Shown in pieces: positions 39,056-54,037 of a DNA stretch of 64,000 nucleotides (its first letter is position 1; each line of letters opens with the position of its first letter). The stretch comes from Felis catus (Eukaryota). The position numbers and the translations under genes are program-made. The notes beneath the pieces were generated by a model, which was given only the letters and a program-made list of their open reading frames with translations, was not told where the DNA came from and did no database searches. The stretch lies in contig NC_058368.1 of the NCBI RefSeq assembly GCF_018350175.1, forward strand, positions 85,872,001 to 85,936,000, read 5' to 3'.

Positions 39056-39898
39056 TGAAGCAGTTGACCTTGACAAGGAGGGAAAAGTTCGTTATCAGCT
39101 TCTTGGATTTATAGCATAATATTCCATAGTATAATATTCTTGTGTTGTATAAATAGGGTAATAGTATAATCTGTCATAGTAGAACATAAAGCTATGGCAA
39201 GGAAATGGTACTTTTACTGGGACTAAAGTAGACAGAGGGATCAATACAAGAGAAATGAAACTGCAAAAAGAGTTCCACATTTGTACGGTGAATAAATCAA
39301 TGACAAAGGAAGCAAGAAAATGTAATGGGAAAAATGCCCCTTCATTAAATGATGTTGAGAACACTGGTCACAGATATTTACAAAATATTGATATTTGACC
39401 ACTTTCCCACCATATGCTATAGTAAACTCATAATGGGTGAAAACATAAATCTAAGATATGAAGTATAAAACCTTTAAATAAAACCTAAGAAGTAAGTTCT
39501 TTGGCAACCTCCTGAGCAATATTTACTTGAAACTGGTTCCTCAGACAAGGATAGAAAAAACAGTAACAAATTATTCGGACTATCTCAAAATAAAGGCTTT
39601 TTTCTTTCCCCCAAGCAAAGAACACCATTAAAAAATGAAAACCTAGTGACAGGGAATAGAAAATTGCAATCATAAATGTGTTAAGGGACTAACATCCAAA
39701 AAATATAGTCAAATCATTCAATTCAATATCAAAACCTCAAACAGCCCAACTTAAAAATGTAGAAAATCTAGGATTAGATTTTTCAAGAAAATAAATAAAT
39801 AAACATACATATGGCCCACAGTCCCATGAAAATATTTTAACCTGTAGAAATTTTAGTTTGACTCTGTAACTTATTTGTGTTTTTTTTTCTTCTTAAAG

Positions 39899-39919
39899 GT
39901 AAACTCCAGGAAAAATATG
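39899..39919 (+). CDS. Heptad micro-exon A3, (G)KLQEKY
   Basis: Same sequence and splice sites as A2. Confidence 0.72.
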
Positions 39920-41627
39920 GTAAGTCATTTATTACCTCCTTATATTTATCAGATTTAGCACAGTACCTAGAGCTCAGGGGTTTCTTCTTTTTTAAGCATA
40001 AATTTCCAAGGAAAACAGTCAGTAAAAATAGAAGGAAATAAATACCAATTAGGAATCTGGCATTGTGTATTCCCTTCCCCTTTGTCTTCATTAGCTTGTT
40101 CAAGTGTCCATGACCTCTGTTGGGTCATTGTGCTTATAAACCCTTGAGGTTTGCCAAGGTATCTTTGATTCTACAGAGAGGACACGCTGGTTAATACCTG
40201 GGCAAAGTAGAAAAGCAAGGTCTGCAGCAAACCCACCAGGAATCCTGAACAAGCACATGGCACTACATTTCAAAGCAGAGCACAGCCTGGTCCATAATCC
40301 AATTGTCTACTAAAGTTAGCTATTCTCACTTTGTGTTGGTTAGATTGCAGTGTCCCTCTTACTTGCTAATCTGCTTTCACTGGAATTGAGAAAAGGGAGC
40401 TTGTGTCAAATGCACCTGTGGAACCTTTTTTCTCTTCTGCATTTTCAAAACATCCTCATGTATTGAGGATTCTTTCTAGCCTCCTGACCCCCTCACATTT
40501 TAAAATCTTTTCTCATGTGCTGCAGATGAGTTTCCAAGGTATGAATTGGTGTTTGTATTACCGTCAGTGTATGCCCCCTTTAAAGTGTCAGGGAAAAAAG
40601 TTCGTCTCTCTATGCAAAGAATTCTTCTTGGCATGAGCGATGAAGACTGAGTCACTGTTTCAGGTTATTCCTGACTCTGGATATATTCCGCACCCAAAGG
40701 CTCATGGATCCTGTCCCAGTCTCTTGAGGCACAGATCCCATGTGTAATCTCGATGAACTTTTTTGGGGGAATAGCCTATCATGAGCTCCACACAATCAAC
40801 AGGTGGAGGGGCATGGACTGATTTATTTCTTATACACAAGACCTGCTTCTTTTCCCCTCTTCTCTAGCTCTTATTTTCACCTATTGCTAAATATCATACC
40901 AAGTCAGGCAAGAAAGACTTGAGTAAAATCTGTTTCTTTAGAAATTCTTCCATACATGCTTTATTGAATGCATTATTATTTATCTTGGTTTTACACAGAA
41001 CTCTTATTTAAACAGAAAGGAGAGTAGTTTTTGTTTCCATTTAGAGGCAAACATCATAGAAAAATATACTCGATCAACTAAAATTTAGCAAACGATTTCC
41101 ACATCATAAACATTTTGTTCAACTGGCCTACTTCTATAAGATTAGCTACCAGTTGAAACTATGTTGTGTTTGGTAACACTATAAATTATAGGCTGTGAAA
41201 CCAATTGTCATTTAAACAAAGTCACACTGTGGCATCTTTGTTGGAAGATTTCACCTGTGTTTAAATATTTGTTTTTAAGGTCCCAGGAAAGTATTGAGAT
41301 ATTCCTTTATGATGTTTTCTACTATGACTTCTATAATGCATGTCCATATCTCAATTTTGAACTTCTCCTGGGTTTCTGCTAATTCTTGACTTCTTTGTTA
41401 TTAAATAGTTATTAATGATAACTTGTACATTCTATGGTAAGATGACAACCAAAATATCACAGTCTAGTTTTGGTTCGTTGAAAGTCTTTACATTTTTCTG
41501 CATTATATGTCAAACTGTTAAATATGATTTGCATAAGCTTTGATATTCTGTATCCATATTTTATGTTTTTGTTTTGATTTTTGATTTTTTTTTTACCTTT
41601 TGACCTTGTTACTTAAGAGAGCGTTAG

Positions 41628-41856
41628 TTTTTTTTTTCTTTTTAAGATTTTTTAACGTTTATTTATTTTTGAGACAGAGAGAGACAGAGCATGAACGGGG
41701 GAGGGTCAGAGAGAGAGGGAGACACAGAATCTGAAACAGGCTCCAGGCTCTGAGCGGTCAGCACAGAGCCCGATGCGGGGCTCGAACTCATGGACCGCGA
41801 GATCATGACCTGAGCTGAAGTCGGACGCTTAACCGACTGAGCCACCCAGGCGCCCC
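41628..41856 (-). mobile_element. Young CAN-SINE, unit 3
   Basis: Copy of 17275-17503. Confidence 0.9.
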
Positions 41857-43882
41857 AATTTTTTAATATTCATTTAATTTCATTTGAGAGAAATCATAAG
41901 AGAGAAGGGGAGGGGCAGAGAAAGAGGGATAGAACGGATCTCAAGCAGGCTCTGTGCTGTGAGTGCAGAGCTATGGGAACTCTAACTCACAGACCGTGAG
42001 ATCATGTCCTGAGCTGAAGTCCAGAGTCAGATGCTCAAGTGACTGAGCTGCCAAGGTGCCCTAGGCGCATGCTTCTTAGTGATTTTATCTCTGTGTCTTT
42101 GTACTTGTTTTTCTCTATTCCTGAAATACTTTATTTCTGTGCTCATGTCACAATTAACTCTGCTTTCCCTGTGGGAACTTGGTGAACGATCACGACCACA
42201 GAGAGGGATCTGAGTACTTTATGGAATCCCACAGCCATGAGATCTCTCGTTACTGCTTTACATGGTGCTTTGTGCAGGTGACAGGTCAGAGTTCTGTGTC
42301 CTCCTTTACTGAGAGAGCCTGATCCCTGCAGAGCTAAGGGCGGCCAGTCCACAAATATCTGTTGAGTGGAAGAAATGATTTTTATTCATATTTTTTTGTC
42401 ATTTTCTGTTTGTTTTCCTCCTTGTTTATCTATATTATATAAGAAAAGAGAACAAGAGTTCTATTGCTATCCTGTTCGATGGCTTAAAGATCACATAATA
42501 CCTAACTTGTACAGAATCACTTAGGTGAAAATTAATCTCTTACATTGACTTCTTCTCATATTTTTCTGAACCTCATGTCTTTGGACATACACCTCTGGAC
42601 CAGGTGAAGCAAAGTGAAGAATCCTGTCCTGGAGCTGCCAGTAATGGGCTTGCCCAGGAGACTTCCAGTTAGGCTCTACGTGACATCAAGACAACCATGT
42701 GGAGGGTGGATTTCTTATCCCATGCAAGGATACAAATGGGGGTGGGAGTTGGGAGGAGGTACTGTCCAGGAAACATACTATATTATTGCTTACTTAAGAC
42801 ACTTCTCGGGGCGCCTGGGTGGCTCAAGTCCCTTGGGCATCTGACATCGACTCAGGTCCTGATCACAGGGTTTGTGAGTGGGAGCCCTGATTCAGGCTCT
42901 GTGCTGACAGGTTGGAGACTGTAGCCTGCTTCAGATTCTGTGTCCCTCTCCCTCTGCCCTTTCCTCGCTTGCACTCTCTCCTCTGCCTCTCTCTCTCCAA
43001 AATAAATAAACCTTTTTCTTTTTAAATAATGTAACTTCTCAAAACAGGCCTAGGGAAATCATTTGCTGACTCCTTGAAATACCAAAAAAAAAAAAAAGTT
43101 ACTGTTTTGTGTTTGAGGGTAAAATCCATGAGGCATTCCATTTCACCCTATGTCTGCTGCCATGTAGAGTTTATTCTGGAGGACAAATCAGCATAAGTTC
43201 AGATTAATTTAAGATACAGTTGGGAGGTTTCCACAACTGATGACTAAACAGCCTATGGTTAGGACATTTTAAGGTGTGTATCAGGAAACCACCTACCTGT
43301 TGCTCAAACTCCAAAACATATGTATTGAATTTTTTTGGTTGTTCACATTAAGGATTCATTACTTGAGCTGAGTATGGTAAAGATACCACCTTCTCAATGC
43401 AAGGTCGGTAAAACATACTGTCATTCTGAGAAAATCCTCTGTTCTCAGTATTTTTTTTTTCCTTTTCCTTTTCTACTTATCAGTTTCCAGATATTATAAA
43501 TGATCTTGTGCGAAAATAAGGTACTCAAGGACAGTTTCAGACTACCTTCTTATCTTGGAAATAATGGGTAAAATTTGTGGGTATTTGCACCTATTTTCCC
43601 TAATTTTTGGACCTCACCCAAAAGAGACCTTTTGTAATATTCTGTTTTATGTCTATATAAACACATATAAAAGCCAGATAGCTTTTTAGATTGTGTTATT
43701 TATTATTATTATTAATATTCAGTACATAAATTGCTCTTTCTATGTCAGAGAAATATACTGGATCGTCAGCTTTCTGGGTCTCAGTTTTCAAATGAGAACC
43801 AAGTTCCAGGACAGATTTTCCATTGACAGTGATAGGAGGACACTTTCTAACAGACTTTTGTTTTGTTTGTTTCTTTATATAG

Positions 43883-43903
43883 CAAAACTAGAAGAAGAGA
43901 ACG
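43883..43903 (+). CDS. Heptad micro-exon F3, (A)KLEEEN
   Basis: Same sequence and splice sites as F2. Confidence 0.65.
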
Positions 43904-44423
43904 GTACGTCCTATTTAGTTTTCAACATTCCACCCTTGATGTTCTTTCATTTTAATAAAACAACAAAATACAGACATTGCATTTATGACCCAAACGCGTT
44001 TAGAAGCAGGTAATGTATCCTTCTGCTATTTTTTAAAACGTAACCTAAGTATTCCTAAGACAAGGAATGATGTAGGCCTAAATGGAGAAGAATGCGATGC
44101 ATCATGTGGTGAGTTCAGGGCTGGGACTCAGGTGTTAAATCTGCCCCATTCAGTGAGGGCGGTCATCCTTTCTGCATATAGTAATTAGCTACCTATTTCA
44201 TACTCAGTTCTTAAGAAACACTGAGGGAAAAAGACTCTCTTTGCTATGCAACTTGCTACCTTACGACAGATGCAAATTCCACATTCAAATAATAAAAGTA
44301 AAACAAATATGGAATATGTTATAGAAAAGGATTCTTGATGCTATGAAGACATAAAATAGAGTGGACTTATTCATGGGATTGTGGATTTGCTGAAAAGCAG
44401 CAATGAAGATGAGGCAAGTGGTA

Positions 44424-47400
44424 TTTCTTTAATATGAAATTTATTATCAAATTGGTTCCCATACAACACCCAGTGTTCATCCCAACAAGTACCCTCCTCA
44501 ATGCCCATCACCCAATTTCACCGCCCTCCAACCCCCCATCAACCCTCAGTTTATCCTCAGTTTTTAACAGCCTCTTATGGCTTGCCTTCCTCCCTTTCTA
44601 ACTTTTTTCCCCTTCCCCTCACCCCCCCCCCAATAGTCTTCTGTTACGTATCTCAGGAACCACATAAGAGTGAAAACATATGGCATCTGTCTTTCTCTGT
44701 ATGACTTATTTCACTTAGCCTAACAGTATCCAGTTCCATCCACATTGCTAAAAAAGGCCATATTTCATTCCTTCTCATTGCCACGTAGTATTCCATTGTA
44801 TATAGAAACCACAACTTCTTTATCCATTCATCAGTTGATGGACGTTTAGTCTCTTTCCATAATTTGGCTATTGTTGAAAGTGATGCTATAAACATGGGGG
44901 TAGAAGTGTCCCTATGCATCAGCACCCCTGTGTCCCTTGGATAAATTTCTAGGAATGCTATTGCTGGGTATAGAGTAGATCTATTTTTAATGTTTTGAGG
45001 AACCTCCACACTGTTTTCCAGAGAGGTTGTACCAGTTTGCATTTCCACCAACAGGGCAAGAGGGTCCCCGTTTCTCCACATCCTCTCCAGCATCTATAGT
45101 CTCCTGATTTGTTCATTTAGGCCACTCTGGCAGGCATGAGGTGATATCTCACTGTAGTTTTGATTTGTATTTAAATGATGATTACTGACTTTGAGCATCT
45201 TTTCATGTGTCTGATGGCCACCTAGATGTCTTCTTTAGAAAAGTGTCTAATCATGTCTTCTGTCTATTTCCTCACTGGATTATTTGCTTCTCAGGTGTGG
45301 AATTTGGTGAGTTTTTTTTTTTTTTTTTAATATAGATTTTAGATACTAGCCCTTTATCCTATAAGTCATTTGCAAATATCTTTTTCCCACTCCATAGGTT
45401 GCCCTTTGTGGTTTTGATTTGTATTTCCCTGATGAGGAGTGACATTGAGCATCTTTTCATGTGCCTGTTGGCCATCTGGATGTCTCTTTTAGAGAAGTGT
45501 CTATTAATGTCTTCTTCCCATTTCTTCACTGGATTATTTGTTTTTCGGGTGTGGAGTATGGTGAGTTCTTTATAGATATTGGAGACTAGCCCTTTGTCCG
45601 ATGTGTCATTTGGAAATATCTTTTCCCGTTCCGTTGGTTGCCTTTTAGTTTTGCTGATTGTCTCCTTTGCAGTGCAGAAGGTATTCGTCTTCCTGAGGTC
45701 CCAATAGTCATTTTTTTTGCTTTTAATTCCCTTGCCTTTGGAGATGTGTCAAGTAAGAAATTGTTGAGGCTGAGGTCGGAGAAGCTTTTTCCTGCTTTCT
45801 CCTCTAGGGGTTTGATGGTTCCCTGCTGAACATTCAGGTCCTTCATCCATTTTCAATTTATTATTGTGAATAGTGTAAGAAAGTGTTCAGTTTCATCCTT
45901 CTGTATGTTGCTGTCCAGTTTTCCCAACACCATTTGTTAAAGAGACTGCCTTTCTTTAATTGGAGATTCCTTCCTGCTTTGTCAAAGATTAGTTGGCCAT
46001 ACTTTTGTGGGTCCAATTCTGGAGTCTCTAATATATTCCATTGGTGTATGTGTCTGTTATTGTGCCAATACCATGCTGTCTTGATGATTACAGCTTTGCA
46101 TTGGAGGCTAAAGTCTGGGATTGTGATGCCTCCCACTTTGGTCTGCTTCTTAAATATTACTTAGGTTATTCCAGGTCTCTTGTGGTTCCCTACAAATTTT
46201 AGGATTCCTTGTTCTAGCTTAGAGAACAATGTTGGCGTAATTTTCATTGGGATTTCATTGAATGTGTGGATTGATTTGGGTAGTATCGACATTTTAACAA
46301 TATTTATTCTTCCAATCCATGAACACGGAATGTTTTTCCATTTCTTTGTATATTCTTCAATTTCCTTCAAGAGCTTTCTACACTTTTCAGCATACAGACC
46401 TTTCACATTTTTTGGTGAGGTTTATTCCTAGGTATTTTACGATTCTTGTAATTTTGAATGGGATAAGTTTCATTCTTTGTCTTTCCGTTACTTCATTTTT
46501 AATGTATAATAATGCAACTTATTTCTGTACATTGATTTTTTTTATCCTGCGACTTTGCTGAATTAATGTATCAGTTCTAGCAGGCTTTTGGTGGAGTCTA
46601 TTAGGTTTTCCATGTCATCTGCAAAAAGTGAAAGCGTGACTTCATCTTTGCCTTTTTTTATGACTTTGATTCCTTTTGTTGTCTGATTGCTGATGCTGGA
46701 ACTTCCAACACCATATTAAACAAGAGCGGTGAGAGTAGATATCCCTGACGTGTTCCTGATCTCAGGGAGGAAGCTCTCAGTTTTCCCCCATTGAGGATGT
46801 TATTAGCTCTGGGTTTTTGGTAATTGCCTTTTATGATGTTTAAGTATGTTCCTTCTATCCGACTTTCTCGAGGGTTTTTATTAAGAAAGGATGCTGAATT
46901 TTGTCAAATGCTTTTTCTGCATCGATTGACAGGATCATATGGTTCTTTTCTTTTCATTTATTAATGTGATGTATCACATTGATTGATTTGAGAATGTTGA
47001 GCCAGCCCTGCAGTCCAGGAATGAATCCCACTTGATCGTGGTGGATAATATTTTTTATATGCTGTTGAATTTGGTTTGCTAGTATCTTGTTGAGAATTTT
47101 TGCATGCATATTCAATAGGAATTTTGGCCTCTAGTTCTCTTTTATTGCTGGGTCTCAGTCTGTCTTGGGGATCAAAGTAATGCTGGCTTCATAGAATGAG
47201 TCTGGAAGTTTTCCTTCTCTTTCTATATTTTTGAAAATCTTGAGAAGGATAGGTATTATCTCTACGTTAAATGACTTGTAGAATTCCCCAGGGAAGACTT
47301 CTGGCCCTGGACTCTTATTTGTTGGGAGATTTTAGATAACTGATTCAATTTATTCGCTGGTTATGGGTCTTTTCAAGTTTTCTAGTTCGTCCTGTTTGAG

Positions 47401-50400
47401 TTTGGGAAGTGTGTGGGTGCGTAGGAATGTGTCCGTTTCTTCCAGCTTGTCCAGTTTGTTGGCATATAGTTTTTTTGTAGTATTCCCTGATAATTGCTTG
47501 TATTTCTGAGGGATTGGTTATAATAGTTCAATTTTAATTAATGATTTTATCTATTTGGGTCTTCTCCCTTTTCTTTTTGAGATGTGTGGCTAGAGGTTTA
47601 TCAATTGTTCATTTTTCAGAAAATATACTCTTGGTTTCATTGATCTACTACAGTTTTTTTTTTTTTTTTTTAGATTCTATATAGTTTATTTCTGCTGTGA
47701 TTTTTATTTCTCTTCTTCTTCTGGGTTTGGGTGTCTTTGCTGTTCTGCTTCTATTTCCTTTAGGTCTGCTGTTAGATTTTGTATGTGGGATTTTTCTTGT
47801 TTCTTGGGAAAGGCCTGGATTGCAATGTGTTTTCCTATCAGGACTGCCTCTGCTGTATCCCAAAAACTGTTGGATTGTTGTATTTTCATTTTAATTTGTT
47901 TCCATACATTTTTAATTTCTTCTCTAATTGCCTGGTTGACACATTCATTCTTTAGTAGGGTGTTCTTTAACCACCATGATTTTAGAGGTTTTCCAGGCTT
48001 TTTCCTGTAGTTGATTTCAAGTTTCATAGCATTGTCCTCTGAAAGTGTGCATGATATGTTCTCAATTCTTTATACTTATTAAGGGCTGATTTGTGTCCCG
48101 GTATGTGATCTATCTTGGAAAATGTTCCATGTGCACTGGAGAAGAAAGTATATTTTGTCACTTTGGGATGCAGAGTTCTAAATATATCTGCCAAGTCCAT
48201 CTGACCCAATGTATCATTCAGGGCTCTTGTTTCTTTGTTGATCCTGGTAGAGATGATCTATTCATTGTTGTATGTGGGGTATTAAAGACCCTGCAGTTAC
48301 CACATTCTTATCATTAAAGTTGCTTATGTTTGTGATTAATTGTTTTATATATTTGGGGGTTTCTGTATTCGGCGCATAGACATTTATGATTGTTAGCTCT
48401 TCCTGATGGATAGACTCTGTAATAATTATATAATGACCTTCTTCATTTCTTGTTACAGCCTTTAATTTAAAGTCTAGTTTGTCTGATATAATTATGGCTA
48501 CTCCAGCTTTCTTTTGACTTCCAGGGGCATGATAAATAGTTCTCCATCACCCACTTTCAATCTGAAAGCGTTCCCAGGTCTGAAATGAGTCTCTTATGGA
48601 CAACAAATAGATGAGTCTTGTTTTTTATCCATTCTGACACCCTATGACTTTTGACTGGAGCATTCATTCCATTTACATTAAGTGTTATTATTCAGTGTTA
48701 AAGATATGGGTTTGGAGTCATTGTGATGTCTGTAGGTTTCATGCTTGCAGTGATGTCTCTGGTACCGTGTGGTGCTTACAACATTTCACTCACAGAGTCC
48801 CCCTTAGAATCTCTTGTAGGGCTGGTTTAGTGTGATGAATTCTTTCAGTTTTTGTTTGTTTGGGAAAACCTTTATCTCTCCTATTCTGAATGACAGCCTT
48901 GTTGAATAAAGGATTCTGGGCTGCATTTTTTTTTTCCCTACTGATCACATTGTAGAATTCATGTTGGTGGCATAAATATTTACAACTGTGAGATCTACTT
49001 GTTGGATAGACCACGTCACTTTGATATAGTATCCTTTGTCATTTCTTGTTACTGTCTTTGGTTTAATGTCTACTCTGCCTGAGATAAGTATTGCTACTCT
49101 GGCTTTCTTTCCACAGGCATTGGCGTGATAAGTATTTATCCCTCTGTCCCTTCCCATTCAATCTGCAGGCATTGTGAGGTCTTAAATGAGTCTCTTATAG
49201 ACAGCATGTAGAAAGGTCTTGTTTTTTTTTTCCTCTATTGTTTTTGTTTTTATTCTTTACTGATACTATATGTCTTTTGATTGGAGCACATCCTACACTT
49301 ACATTCAGAATAAATCTATATACAGGTATATACATGTATTTAGTGTCATTTTAATACTTGTTTTGTTGTCTCACCTGGATGTGTTCTCTTATCCTTTTTG
49401 TTTGTCACTTTTTTTCTTCCTTCCCACTTAAACAGTCCCCTTTAATATTGTGCACAGGGCTGGTGTAGTGGACATAAAGGTTCAGCTCCTTTAGTTTTTG
49501 TTTCTCTTGGAAAGTCTTTATCTGCTTCTGTTCTATATGATAACCTTGTTGTATAGAGTATACTAGGTGATGAGTTTCCCCGTCAGGACATTGAATACAC
49601 CATGGCTTACCAAGTTTCTGTCGAGAGATCTGCAGCCAACCTTGTGGTTCTTCCCTTGTAATGTAGGCAATTCTTTTCTTTCTTGCTAATTGGATGTTTG
49701 TTCTTTGTCAGAATATTTTACACATTTAACTACAATATTTTGGGTTTAGGTCTGCTTTGGTGGATTTCTGTGGGAGTTTTCTGTGCCTCCTGGATTCGGA
49801 TGGCTGTTTCACTCCCCAGATTTGGGAAGTGTTAGCCTATTATTTATGTAGACTACCCTTATGTTCCCTTTTATGTCTCTTCTTCTGCAACTCTGGTGAT
49901 ACAAATTTAAGTTTCATAGATACACTGAGTTTCCTAAGTCTATTTTCAGGCTTCCCTGAAGACTTCTTTTATTTTTTCAAGCAGAGCAGGAATCTTATGA
50001 TGGCTGCTTTAAATTCTCCATCTGGTATAGTACTTTTCTTGGTTTTACATAAACCTCTGGCTTTTATCTTATATTCTTTCATTTCAGAGGGTTCCTCAGT
50101 CCTGGCATTGTCTATACATCTTTCTGTCTTCTTATTGGTGTTCGGAAAGCCTGTTTCATTTCCTGCTCCTTAGAGTAGTTGCGTTATGAAGACGAGGTCA
50201 AATGGTGTCCAGGTCCTGATGCTTTAAAGAGTGTCTCTCGAGTGACCTACATACACTAGGCTCCTGTGTTTTGGCTGCACTGCCTTTCAGGCCAGGCATC
50301 TTCAAAGGTTGTCCTTGCCTGCTGGTGCAGTGCTTGAACCTTGGTGAGAGTGTGGCAAATTTTATGTAGGTGTGCTCTGGTGTACAATTCAATGAGACTC

Positions 50401-51235
50401 ATGTGGTTTCCACTAGGACTGAAGCCTTGCAGAACAAAGAGTTTGGGAGACGTGGTTGACAGCATTTCTGCTCATCACCTGAGGAAGAAGACTGCCTGGC
50501 TGGGACTGAGACACACTTGACAGAGAAGGGGAATAGTCATTGAACACAGGGCTGTGGACTTGCTGTAAGCAGGAGAGGCAGCCAGTCTCAGCACTGTGTA
50601 CTTCCTAAACATCCTTCTCTGTCTTTTCTGAAAGTATGGGGGAGTGTAGTGTCACCAACCAACTTCTTTGTCTCCAGTTGAGGGGTTATTGCATCTTTTG
50701 AGAAGCACTCTCAGAGGAGCATTGAAAGTCCCCCTTTGTGCCTCCAGTGTTGGTGTGTTTCAGATCCTCATCTTCATGCTGTCTGTGTCTAAGTTGTTTG
50801 CCTGACTTTCAGCCAGGAGCATTGCAGTGCCTGCTGGCCTCCATCCCAGCCAGGCACGCTGATCTTTAAACCTCCAGACTTTAAGCCCTGTTCATCAAAA
50901 GGCCTCAAGGAAATCAACCCCTCTGCTTGTCCCAGCCAATGGCTTTTAAGAAGTGTCCATCTCATTCATTCCACTGTGTACTCCTAGAACTTTTTGTGTT
51001 TCTCTGCAACCAAGATCGTCTCCCCTCCATAGCACCTAGGAAACATGTGGCCCCAAACCACATCTCTGCATTTCCTACTATCCTTGATGTGTCCTCTTTC
51101 CTCCCTCAAGGATGAGCTTGTTTTATCAGTACTCAAGATTAATTCTTGGGTACTGAGAATGATTTGACAGTTTTCTAGTGTGTTTGAGGAAGGAGAAAAA
51201 CCTAGGGTCCTCCTACTATGCAACCACCTCAGCTC
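44424..51235 (-). mobile_element. Composite LINE-1, unit 3
   Basis: Copy of 20065-26875. Confidence 0.9.
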
Positions 51236-52078
51236 TGAAGCAGTTGACCTTGACAAGGAGGGAAAAGTTCGTTATCAGCTTCTTGGATTTATAGCATAAT
51301 ATTCCATAGTATAATATTCTTGTGTTGTATAAATAGGGTAATAGTATAATCTGTCATAGTAGAACATAAAGCTATGGCAAGGAAATGGTACTTTTACTGG
51401 GACTAAAGTAGACAGAGGGATCAATACAAGAGAAATGAAACTGCAAAAAGAGTTCCACATTTGTACGGTGAATAAATCAATGACAAAGGAAGCAAGAAAA
51501 TGTAATGGGAAAAATGCCCCTTCATTAAATGATGTTGAGAACACTGGTCACAGATATTTACAAAATATTGATATTTGACCACTTTCCCACCATATGCTAT
51601 AGTAAACTCATAATGGGTGAAAACATAAATCTAAGATATGAAGTATAAAACCTTTAAATAAAACCTAAGAAGTAAGTTCTTTGGCAACCTCCTGAGCAAT
51701 ATTTACTTGAAACTGGTTCCTCAGACAAGGATAGAAAAAACAGTAACAAATTATTCGGACTATCTCAAAATAAAGGCTTTTTTCTTTCCCCCAAGCAAAG
51801 AACACCATTAAAAAATGAAAACCTAGTGACAGGGAATAGAAAATTGCAATCATAAATGTGTTAAGGGACTAACATCCAAAAAATATAGTCAAATCATTCA
51901 ATTCAATATCAAAACCTCAAACAGCCCAACTTAAAAATGTAGAAAATCTAGGATTAGATTTTTCAAGAAAATAAATAAATAAACATACATATGGCCCACA
52001 GTCCCATGAAAATATTTTAACCTGTAGAAATTTTAGTTTGACTCTGTAACTTATTTGTGTTTTTTTTTCTTCTTAAAG

Positions 52079-52099
52079 GTAAACTCCAGGAAAAATATG
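52079..52099 (+). CDS. Heptad micro-exon A4, (G)KLQEKY
   Basis: Same sequence and splice sites as A2. Confidence 0.72.
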
Positions 52100-53807
52100 G
52101 TAAGTCATTTATTACCTCCTTATATTTATCAGATTTAGCACAGTACCTAGAGCTCAGGGGTTTCTTCTTTTTTAAGCATAAATTTCCAAGGAAAACAGTC
52201 AGTAAAAATAGAAGGAAATAAATACCAATTAGGAATCTGGCATTGTGTATTCCCTTCCCCTTTGTCTTCATTAGCTTGTTCAAGTGTCCATGACCTCTGT
52301 TGGGTCATTGTGCTTATAAACCCTTGAGGTTTGCCAAGGTATCTTTGATTCTACAGAGAGGACACGCTGGTTAATACCTGGGCAAAGTAGAAAAGCAAGG
52401 TCTGCAGCAAACCCACCAGGAATCCTGAACAAGCACATGGCACTACATTTCAAAGCAGAGCACAGCCTGGTCCATAATCCAATTGTCTACTAAAGTTAGC
52501 TATTCTCACTTTGTGTTGGTTAGATTGCAGTGTCCCTCTTACTTGCTAATCTGCTTTCACTGGAATTGAGAAAAGGGAGCTTGTGTCAAATGCACCTGTG
52601 GAACCTTTTTTCTCTTCTGCATTTTCAAAACATCCTCATGTATTGAGGATTCTTTCTAGCCTCCTGACCCCCTCACATTTTAAAATCTTTTCTCATGTGC
52701 TGCAGATGAGTTTCCAAGGTATGAATTGGTGTTTGTATTACCGTCAGTGTATGCCCCCTTTAAAGTGTCAGGGAAAAAAGTTCGTCTCTCTATGCAAAGA
52801 ATTCTTCTTGGCATGAGCGATGAAGACTGAGTCACTGTTTCAGGTTATTCCTGACTCTGGATATATTCCGCACCCAAAGGCTCATGGATCCTGTCCCAGT
52901 CTCTTGAGGCACAGATCCCATGTGTAATCTCGATGAACTTTTTTGGGGGAATAGCCTATCATGAGCTCCACACAATCAACAGGTGGAGGGGCATGGACTG
53001 ATTTATTTCTTATACACAAGACCTGCTTCTTTTCCCCTCTTCTCTAGCTCTTATTTTCACCTATTGCTAAATATCATACCAAGTCAGGCAAGAAAGACTT
53101 GAGTAAAATCTGTTTCTTTAGAAATTCTTCCATACATGCTTTATTGAATGCATTATTATTTATCTTGGTTTTACACAGAACTCTTATTTAAACAGAAAGG
53201 AGAGTAGTTTTTGTTTCCATTTAGAGGCAAACATCATAGAAAAATATACTCGATCAACTAAAATTTAGCAAACGATTTCCACATCATAAACATTTTGTTC
53301 AACTGGCCTACTTCTATAAGATTAGCTACCAGTTGAAACTATGTTGTGTTTGGTAACACTATAAATTATAGGCTGTGAAACCAATTGTCATTTAAACAAA
53401 GTCACACTGTGGCATCTTTGTTGGAAGATTTCACCTGTGTTTAAATATTTGTTTTTAAGGTCCCAGGAAAGTATTGAGATATTCCTTTATGATGTTTTCT
53501 ACTATGACTTCTATAATGCATGTCCATATCTCAATTTTGAACTTCTCCTGGGTTTCTGCTAATTCTTGACTTCTTTGTTATTAAATAGTTATTAATGATA
53601 ACTTGTACATTCTATGGTAAGATGACAACCAAAATATCACAGTCTAGTTTTGGTTCGTTGAAAGTCTTTACATTTTTCTGCATTATATGTCAAACTGTTA
53701 AATATGATTTGCATAAGCTTTGATATTCTGTATCCATATTTTATGTTTTTGTTTTGATTTTTGATTTTTTTTTTACCTTTTGACCTTGTTACTTAAGAGA
53801 GCGTTAG

Positions 53808-54037
53808 TTTTTTTTTTTCTTTTTAAGATTTTTTAACGTTTATTTATTTTTGAGACAGAGAGAGACAGAGCATGAACGGGGGAGGGTCAGAGAGAGAGGG
53901 AGACACAGAATCTGAAACAGGCTCCAGGCTCTGAGCGGTCAGCACAGAGCCCGATGCGGGGCTCGAACTCATGGACCGCGAGATCATGACCTGAGCTGAA
54001 GTCGGACGCTTAACCGACTGAGCCACCCAGGCGCCCC
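53808..54037 (-). mobile_element. Young CAN-SINE, unit 4
   Basis: Copy of 17275-17503. Confidence 0.9.

Larger units (their letters stand above)
27397..39576 (+). repeat. Array unit 2
   Basis: 12180 bp; near-identical to units 3 and 4. Confidence 0.97.
39577..51756 (+). repeat. Array unit 3
   Basis: 12180 bp; near-identical to units 2 and 4. Confidence 0.97.
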